Of a DNA stretch of 64,000 nt, positions 57,752 through 64,000 are shown one piece after another; position 1 is the first letter of the stretch; every line of letters begins with the position of its first letter. The translations under genes and the position numbers were made by a program. The stretch spans positions 165,467 through 229,466 of the forward strand of contig JASMDC010000001.1 of NCBI GenBank assembly GCA_030753015.1. The letters run 5' to 3'. This DNA comes from Candidatus Undinarchaeales archaeon. GTDB lineage: Archaea; SpSt-1190; JASMDC01. A model generated the notes under the pieces. The model was not told where the DNA came from, did no database searches, and was given only the letters and a program-made list of their open reading frames with translations.

Positions 57752-59298
57752 TGTGCCTCCGTCATCCGTTTGATGGTCTCGTCGGCGAGCTCCATGGCGT
57801 TCTGGCTGCTGGCGGCCCCGTCTGCGTCCTTGATGAGCCCGATGACCGTGTCGAGGGAGGTCTTGTACTGGGACATGCCAGCTATGAGCGTAGCAGTCCC
57901 CTCGCCAAGCTCGCTGGCCTTGGAGCTGTCATCAGCGTAGTAGTCGAGCTTCTTGAAGAGCGTGATAGCGTCGTCCTGGGAGATGTCGTACGTGTCGCAC
58001 GCCTCGATGACCTTGACGGTACCGTCTGCCAGCTCATGGGCCTTGGTGCTGGAGTCGGCCCAGTAGTCGAGCTTCTGGAAGAGCTTGATGGCCTGGTCGT
58101 GGGATACGTCATACTTGTCACTGACCTCGATGAGCTTAACAGTGCCGTCGGCCAGCTCGTGTGCCCTTGTGCTCGAGTCGGCATAGTAGTCGAGCTTCTG
58201 GAATAGCTTGATGGCCTGGTCGTGGGATACGTCATACTTGTCACAGGCCTCGATGAGCTTGGCCGCGCCCTCACCCAGCTCGTCGGCCTTCGTGCTCTTA
58301 TCGGCGTAATAGTCGAGCTTCTTGACGAACGTGATGGCCTGATCGTGGGAGGCGCCGTGCTCCCCGCGGGCCTCCAGGATCTGCTGGGTGCCGGTCATCA
58401 GCTCCTCGGCGGTCTCGCTGGTGTCTGAATAGTAATCAAGGCTCTTGATGGTGGCCGTGATGTCGTCCGTGGGGATGTCGTACTGCTTGGCGGTGGTCAG
58501 GAGGTTCGCTGTGCCGTCGGACAGCGAGGTGACCGTGTCCCCGGATTTGTTCTCGCTGTGGTCGATCTGGTTCAGGACGGTCAGCACCTTGTCGAACCCG
58601 ACACCGGCCTGTTCCGAGGCCTCAGAGAGGGTGGTGTAGGCGGCGATGAGCTCGGCGCTGGTCGCCCTGGTATCGGCGGCGTTGCCGATCCCGCGGATGA
58701 ACCGGGCCATTTCCTCAGGCGTCTGGGCGTATCCGTCAGTGATGAGCTTCTCGGTCATTTGATTAGCGAAGGCCTGGGCCTCCTCCGTGGATCCGACCTT
58801 GGATGCACCCTTGATTGCATCGAAGATGGCCTGGGGTCCGGTCTCGGTGTAGACGGTGTGGAGGATGTCCGTGGCCTGGTCGCCGGTCATGTAGGTGATG
58901 GCTTCATCGACCTCCATGCCCTTGTCGGTGCAGTAGTCGAGGAGATAGGTGAGCTGGTTCCCGCTGTAGCCATGGCCAGTGGCCTGACCGATGAGCTGGT
59001 GGGCCTGCTGGGCGAGCTCGGCGGGATCGTCGTCGATGGCGAAGCTACCGGCGATCTCGCGCATGACATACTCGGCCTGCTCCGCTGAGACGCCCTCGTA
59101 CTTGGATGCGACCTGTGCGGCCTCCTCGTCCATGTCGTTGCCGTGCTGAGCGAGCTTGATGAGCCCCATGAGGCCGAAGCCCGCAGCGGTCAGCACGATG
59201 CCCGCGGTGTTCTTTCCGGAGAGATCCTCGGCCTGGGCGTACCCGTCGGCAGCATCTGCCCGTCCGTAGGCACCGTCCAGGTCCAGGTCGTACGTCAT
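57748..59298 (-). CDS. Repeat-protein paralog 2 (516 aa; 6 repeats of ~41 aa, loop DYYADSS)
   Basis: Same N-terminal module; repeats such as DYYADSSTRAHELADGTVKLIEVSDKYDVSHDQAIKLFQKL. Confidence 0.85.
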   Translation of the reverse strand: MTYDLDLDGAYGRADAADGYAQAEDLSGKNTAGIVLTAAGFGLMGLIKLAQHGNDMDEEAAQVASKYEGVSAEQAEYVMREIAGSFAIDDDPAELAQQAHQLIGQATGHGYSGNQLTYLLDYCTDKGMEVDEAITYMTGDQATDILHTVYTETGPQAIFDAIKGASKVGSTEEAQAFANQMTEKLITDGYAQTPEEMARFIRGIGNAADTRATSAELIAAYTTLSEASEQAGVGFDKVLTVLNQIDHSENKSGDTVTSLSDGTANLLTTAKQYDIPTDDITATIKSLDYYSDTSETAEELMTGTQQILEARGEHGASHDQAITFVKKLDYYADKSTKADELGEGAAKLIEACDKYDVSHDQAIKLFQKLDYYADSSTRAHELADGTVKLIEVSDKYDVSHDQAIKLFQKLDYWADSSTKAHELADGTVKVIEACDTYDISQDDAITLFKKLDYYADDSSKASELGEGTATLIAGMSQYKTSLDTVIGLIKDADGAASSQNAMELADETIKRMTEAQ

Positions 59299-59309
59299 GT
59301 GCTTTTCCT

Positions 59310-60734
59310 CTATTTCATCCGCCGGATCATCTCGTCCACGACCTCGTAGGCGTCGTAGCCGGAGTTGTCGCGGTCGACGTCTTTCATGAGCTCGGTCATC
59401 TTTGCGAGCGATAGCTTATGCTGGGTCATGGGCTCCATGAGCTTGACGACGTTGTCGGCGATGTCACCGGCGTTCACGCTGCTGTCCGACGCGCGGTCGA
59501 GTGCCTTGGCGAGCGCCGCGGCGTCATCGGTTGAGATGCCGTACGCATTGCACCCCTCCACGAGGTTGGCGGCGTTGCCGGCCAGGTCGATGGCGTGCTC
59601 GCTAACGTCGGAGGCGCGATCGAGTGCCTTCACGAAGCCGATGGCGTCGTTGTAGGGGACCTCGCTCTTGTGGCTGGCGTCCATGATCCTGATAGCGCTG
59701 GTCACCAGGTTCGAAGCGTGCTCGCTGTAATCCGAGCCACGATCGAGCTCCTTGATTAGCCCGATGGCGTCCTCATGGGACACGCCGTACCGGCCGCGGG
59801 CGTCCAGCAGCTTGATAGAGCCGCTGATCAGGTCGTCCGCGTGCTCGGAGTAGTCCGATGCGCGGTCGATGTCCTTGATCGTACTAGCGATGTCGTCGAA
59901 CGCGATATCGTGCTGCTTGGCCGTCGTCAGTAGGCGGGCGGTGCCGTTCGCCACCGAGATGACGGAACCTCCCGTGTAGTCCTCGGCGCTGTCGATGGCC
60001 TCCATAACGTCGACACCCTGCTCGAGGGAAGCGCCGGTCTGTGCACTGGTCTCGGCAAGGGTCCTGTAGGCCTGGATGAGCTCGCCGCTGCGTGTGGTGA
60101 CGTCGTCGGCCCCCCCGATGTCCTTGATGATGGTGGCTATGTCGTTGGGGGTGTACCTGCTCCCGTCGGCGATGAGCTGGTCGTTGACCTGCTTGGCGAA
60201 GGCCTGTGCGTCGTGTTCCGATCCGATGGAGGACGCGTCGTCGACCGCCTCGTAGATGATGTTCTGGCCTACCTCGCCGTAGGTGGCGGAGAGGACGTCA
60301 GCTGCGCCCTTTGCGGTGATGTGCGCCACAGCGTCGTCGACGGACATGCCCTTGTCGACACAGTAGTCGAGGAGGAAGGTGACCTGGTTGCCGGTGTAGC
60401 CATGGGAGGTGGTTGACGAGAGTATGTCGTCCGCTGTCCGCGCCAGCTCGGCCGGATCGTCGTCGATGGCGAACGAACCCGCCACCTTGCGCATGACGTA
60501 CTCGGCCTGGTCGGCGGACACACTCTCGTACTTGGACGCGACCTGCTCGGCCTCCTCGTCCATGTCGTTGCCGTGCTGGGCGACCTTCACCAGGCCCAGA
60601 AGACCGAACCCCAGGGCTGTCAGCGCGATGCCGGCCTTGTTCTTACCGGAGAGGTCCTCGGCCTGGGTGTAACCGTCTGCGGCCTGGGCGTGCCCGTAGG
60701 CGTCCGTTGTCAGGTCGAGGTCGGCGGCGTACAT
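59310..60734 (-). CDS. Repeat-protein paralog 1 (474 aa; 5 repeats of ~41 aa, loop DRASDYSE)
   Basis: Same N-terminal module; repeats such as DRGSDYSEHASNLVTSAIRIMDASHKSEVPYNDAIGFVKAL. Confidence 0.85.
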   Translation of the reverse strand: MYAADLDLTTDAYGHAQAADGYTQAEDLSGKNKAGIALTALGFGLLGLVKVAQHGNDMDEEAEQVASKYESVSADQAEYVMRKVAGSFAIDDDPAELARTADDILSSTTSHGYTGNQVTFLLDYCVDKGMSVDDAVAHITAKGAADVLSATYGEVGQNIIYEAVDDASSIGSEHDAQAFAKQVNDQLIADGSRYTPNDIATIIKDIGGADDVTTRSGELIQAYRTLAETSAQTGASLEQGVDVMEAIDSAEDYTGGSVISVANGTARLLTTAKQHDIAFDDIASTIKDIDRASDYSEHADDLISGSIKLLDARGRYGVSHEDAIGLIKELDRGSDYSEHASNLVTSAIRIMDASHKSEVPYNDAIGFVKALDRASDVSEHAIDLAGNAANLVEGCNAYGISTDDAAALAKALDRASDSSVNAGDIADNVVKLMEPMTQHKLSLAKMTELMKDVDRDNSGYDAYEVVDEMIRRMK

Positions 60735-60736
60735 CG

Positions 60737-61327
60737 CTAGTTACCGTCCTCGCTATCGGACGTCGACTCGGTCTTGTCGAAGAAGTAGGCTTCCTCGAAG
60801 GCCTCGTACAGCTGCTGCCCATCGGCGAGCTTGGTGTCGAGGGCGGGTCGGTGCTCGCTCTCCAGCGAGCTCAGCTTGCCCTTCTCGGTGGCGTTGATAG
60901 CGACGGTGCCCGCGCCCTCCACCACGTACATGTCCGTGAGGTAGCCGGCCACGAGCCCCAATCCTCCGGTCAGGATGGCGACGAGGGGTCCACCGGCAAG
61001 ACCGGTGATGAAGCCGTAGGTGGCCATGCCCAGAGGGGTGGCCACCTGCACACCCTTGTGGATGTTGCCGGGCTCGCACCGCTCGTCCAGGTCCTCGCGG
61101 ATGTCCCTGTACTTGCGGGTGATGTCACGGAAGCCGTCGTGGTAGGTACTGACCTCCGAGTGGAGCTCGGTGAAGTAGTCCTTGAGGGCGCGGTTGGGCG
61201 CGTCCTTCACAAGGAGGTCGAGCTTCTCGTCGATGGTCCTGTAGGAGTCGGCCAGCCCCGTGCCGGAGTAGTCGGCCTCCAGGATCGTTTGGAATGCGTC
61301 AAGGTATTCTGCGTCCATCATGATCAC
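60737..61327 (-). CDS. Helical protein with central glycine-zipper hydrophobic hairpin
   Basis: GMATYGFITGLAGGPLVAILTGGLGLVAGYLT flanked by acidic amphipathic helices; no signal peptide. Confidence 0.75.
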   Translation of the reverse strand: MIMMDAEYLDAFQTILEADYSGTGLADSYRTIDEKLDLLVKDAPNRALKDYFTELHSEVSTYHDGFRDITRKYRDIREDLDERCEPGNIHKGVQVATPLGMATYGFITGLAGGPLVAILTGGLGLVAGYLTDMYVVEGAGTVAINATEKGKLSSLESEHRPALDTKLADGQQLYEAFEEAYFFDKTESTSDSEDGN

Positions 61328-61328
61328 C

Positions 61329-62969
61329 TCACAGGAACTTCATGTCCCCCCTATGTCCGGAGTGCTGTGATGCGTACCGGTCGACGTCGTTCTCGTGCCG
61401 CCCGATGCGGTGCGCGATATCGTAGAGCTTCTCGGCCATGCCGTCCAGGTCGGCGGGATCGACATCCTTGCCGTCAACCACCACCTTGTAGGCCAGGACC
61501 TGGCCGGGATTGCTCCACATGTTGTGACCGTAATCTGTCTCGTGATAGTACCAGTCGCCGCCCTTGCACAGCGCCCAGACGTAGACGTGCTCGATGCCGC
61601 TTGGGTTCTGCCAGGTGCCCTTGTTGAGGTTGAAGTACTCCTCGCCGATGAGGCTGAGCCCGTTTGTAGAGCCGCCGTTCCAGGATTCGATCTGCTTGAG
61701 CGCCTCGATGCGCTTGGCACCGGGGGACTGCTGGGGGTCGAGGTTGTACGCGGTGCGCGAGGGCTCCACGAGCCCGTACTGGTCGAGCACCTTGAATCCA
61801 TCGGACCGCGGGCTGATCCCATCGTTGCCGATGTCCTGGAGCGTGTCCCGGTAGACGCTCGCGGCGTTCTGGAGGCCGCGGAGCTGGATCATCTCGTCGC
61901 TCAGCTTCCCCTCGACGCCCTTGAGCTTCTCTTCGTAGGCCTTGATGGTGACGTTCAGCTCCTCCATCCGTGCCGTCTCGTCGTGGATGGTGAGGGAGTA
62001 GGGCTGGGCCTTCTCCTCCTTGCTGGCGATCTCGCCCTTGAGCATGTCTTGGCGGCCCTTGGCGTTGTCGAGCATGCGCTCGTACCGATGGACGCTCTGC
62101 TCGTCGAGATTACGTCCGCCGAAGGAGGTCTTTTCCAGGGCACTTTCCTCCTCGAGGATCTTGACGTACTCCTTGCCCCGGCCCAGGAAAGAGACCGAAC
62201 CGCCAGCGTCGAGCATCTGGTCGCGGGCGGCCAGCACCTTCTCGGCTTTGTTGCGGTCGTAGACGACGGACTGGAGCTCGGTCCGCATCTCGTTGATCGT
62301 TTCAATGCGGCTGTCCAGTTCCTCCTGATTGGCCTTCCGCTCGGCCGAGAGCTTCTCCCACTCCTGTTGACTCGCAAGGTACTCGGCGGTCTGTGCGATT
62401 TCCTCCTTGTCGCCCTCCAGGCCGCTCAGCTTGGACTGCTGCTCCTTGATCTCGCCTAAAAGATTCTTATAGGGCTTGTCCAACGTCCGGTAGCGGACCT
62501 CCTTCTCGGCGATGCCAGCGTTGTGGAGCACGTCCAGGTCCTCGGCGAGCTTGCCCTCGGGATCGATGAACTCGGAGCCCTTCCCGACCACGCGCTCGTA
62601 CACGTCAGCGTTGCGCATGTCGTTGAACCAGGTAGTGAGATAGCCGTTGTCGCTCACGCTGATGTTCGTGGCCCCCGAGTCGATGGGGTAGATGCCCAGC
62701 GTTCTGATGATGTAGCGGTGGGCGCCCCAGGGCCGTGCTCTGGTCATCTCGGTCATGACCTTCTCCATGGTGGAGCCCTCATTGGTGCCTCCTGGTGCGG
62801 CGTGCTGTCCGCGCCGGCCCCGACGACCGCCCGCCTTCTGGGCGTTCACGCGGCCTTCCTTGGTCGGGTGCAGCGACATGATGACCTCAGCGGCCTCGTC
62901 GCCGTTGATAGGTGATAGCGTATCGGGAACCCAATCCCCTGCCGGTCCTCTCCATCCCATTTTATGCAT
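61329..62969 (-). CDS. Long coiled-coil protein with small globular termini
   Basis: About 220 aa of E/K/L/Q heptad-like sequence; aromatic-rich C-terminal domain; overlaps the upstream gene. Confidence 0.75.
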   Translation of the reverse strand: MHKMGWRGPAGDWVPDTLSPINGDEAAEVIMSLHPTKEGRVNAQKAGGRRGRRGQHAAPGGTNEGSTMEKVMTEMTRARPWGAHRYIIRTLGIYPIDSGATNISVSDNGYLTTWFNDMRNADVYERVVGKGSEFIDPEGKLAEDLDVLHNAGIAEKEVRYRTLDKPYKNLLGEIKEQQSKLSGLEGDKEEIAQTAEYLASQQEWEKLSAERKANQEELDSRIETINEMRTELQSVVYDRNKAEKVLAARDQMLDAGGSVSFLGRGKEYVKILEEESALEKTSFGGRNLDEQSVHRYERMLDNAKGRQDMLKGEIASKEEKAQPYSLTIHDETARMEELNVTIKAYEEKLKGVEGKLSDEMIQLRGLQNAASVYRDTLQDIGNDGISPRSDGFKVLDQYGLVEPSRTAYNLDPQQSPGAKRIEALKQIESWNGGSTNGLSLIGEEYFNLNKGTWQNPSGIEHVYVWALCKGGDWYYHETDYGHNMWSNPGQVLAYKVVVDGKDVDPADLDGMAEKLYDIAHRIGRHENDVDRYASQHSGHRGDMKFL

Positions 62970-63938
62970 CCTCCTCCAGGGTGTATATCATCCCTGCACT
63001 TGCGTCCACGTATACGTCCATCCCGTCCTTGAGATCACGGGTGACGTCCTTGACGCCGACGAGCGTGGGGATACCGTTCTCGCGGGCGGTGATGGCGGCG
63101 TGACAGGTCTTGCCGCCCTCCTCGGTGATCATGGCTACTGCGCGGAGCATACGTTCGCCGCTCTGGTCCTCGTTGTAGATGAGCGAGGTCATGTCAGGAG
63201 TGGTCTCCCGGGCCACGAGGACGTAGTTCTCGAGGTCGTCCGGGACGTCGGAGGGCTTCTCCACGATGCGTACCTCGCCGTGGGCGGTCCCGCCCCAAAC
63301 ACGATGGCTGCGGTCCAGCTCGTAGAGCACATTCGCATCGGAAGGCACCTCGTGGTGCGAGAAATCCCGGTCCTCGTCCTTGACGGTGAGGGCGCGGGCC
63401 TGGGTGATATAGATCGTGTCGCCTTCGATGGCCCACTCGATGTCCATGTCCTTGCCGTACTCGGCCTTGATGACCTTGGCGATGCGGGTGAGCTCCTTGA
63501 CCTGAGCGTCGGTGATGCACTGCTTGTCACGCATGTCCGTCGGCACGGGGACGAACTCGGTCCCCTTGTCGGAGAACACGCACATCTTAGCTTTGGCGTC
63601 GATGTAGCGCTCAGTGATCTCTCCGGACTCGGGATCGACGATGAACTCGTCGGGCGTGACCTTACCGGATACGACGGATTCTCCCAGTCCGTAATTTGCG
63701 TCGATGATGATGACGTCATCGCCGCTGTCCACGTCCTTGGTGAACAGGGTACCGGCAGCGGTCGAGTTGATCTGGCGCTGGACCACCACGCCCATGGAGA
63801 CGTGCTGCCCAAAGCCGTTCTCGCTGCGATAGCGGATGGCCCGCGGAGTGTAGAGCGAGCCCTGACAGGTCGCGGTCTTGTCGAGGACGTCGTCGAGGCC
63901 CTCGACATTGTTGTAGGAGTCGTGCTGGCCTGCGAACT
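62962..63938 (-). pseudogene. PEP synthase-like dikinase (ATP-grasp plus phosphohistidine swivel domain only), 5' end interrupted
   Basis: Frame extends beyond the ORF track to FAGQHDSY...RAIRYR...VVVQRQI...GLGESVVSG.VTPD...DIEWA...QARALT...TTPD...GGKTCHAAITARENGIP; ends after VDASAG; upstream sequence is non-homologous with an in-frame stop. Confidence 0.8.
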
Positions 63939-64000
63939 GCTTTGTTGCATAACTAACCTTTTCTCGGCTCCAATCCCTTGTCCTCTTCGACAGTCAGGTC
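63939..64000 (-). mobile_element. Probable end of an IS5-family (IS903-group-like) element
   Basis: GCTTTGTTGCATAAC resembles the IS903 terminal repeat GGCTTTGTTGAATAA; a minus-strand frame DLTVEEDKGLEPRKG* stops right at it; coincides with loss of dikinase homology. Confidence 0.55.

Noticed and set aside
54354-58400. Periodic ~123-126-bp DNA repeats as a possible CRISPR array
   Set aside because: Degenerate, in frame with long ORFs, varying at third positions, no unique spacers and no cas genes
54354-60734. Diversity-generating retroelement behind the paralog variation
   Set aside because: No reverse transcriptase and no template/variable repeat pair with adenine-specific differences seen
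6936-62459. Many long antisense or alternate-frame ORFs (e.g. 6936-8144, 18019-19251, 35759-37003, 49707-50987, 54843-55958, 61395-62459)
   Set aside because: Shadow ORFs expected in high-GC coding DNA; each overlaps a better-supported gene and has no motifs
63947-63953. GCATAAC/GTTATGC as another attC core
   Set aside because: No palindromic partner visible; it is part of the IS-like repeat
63939-64000. Intein as the cause of the dikinase interruption
   Set aside because: In-frame stop, no His-Asn plus Cys/Ser/Thr junction; an IS-like terminal repeat fits better

Overview
High-GC archaeal DNA, judged from TATA-like boxes about 25-30 bp upstream of many apparently leaderless genes. The class III-signal/pilin-like protein, CPFG thioredoxin-fold protein and nucleoside-salvage genes suggest a DPANN-like lineage, but that is inference. 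Housekeeping and salvage genes (udp, GMPP/PMM fusion, TlyA-like methyltransferase, aspartate kinase-chorismate mutase fusion, two PfkB kinases, two DHH phosphoesterases, sixA, dCMP deaminase, pdxS/pdxT, endonuclease IV-like) are interleaved with four unusual blocks. (1) 555-10086: two giant exported-domain proteins sharing nine copies of an unnamed ~130-aa winged-helix-like repeat; the second gene is broken by an out-of-frame junction near 5825. (2) 13.4-17.3 kb: a low-GC integron gene-cassette cluster with attC sites but no integrase in the window, abutting a Rep/transposase-like element. (3) 34-48 kb: surface-protein cluster including a ~2630-aa Cys-rich protein with one C-type lectin domain nested inside another. 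(4) 54.3-64 kb: a tightly coupled minus-strand operon encoding a PEP-synthase-like dikinase lacking its C-terminal barrel (5' end cut by a probable IS end), a coiled-coil protein, a glycine-zipper protein and four paralogs with a constant N-terminus and 5/6/7/7 paralog-specific 41-42-aa helical repeats. Block 4 is the best candidate for an undescribed system. No rRNA, tRNA or CRISPR array was seen. All calls come from reading the sequence by eye; no searches were run.
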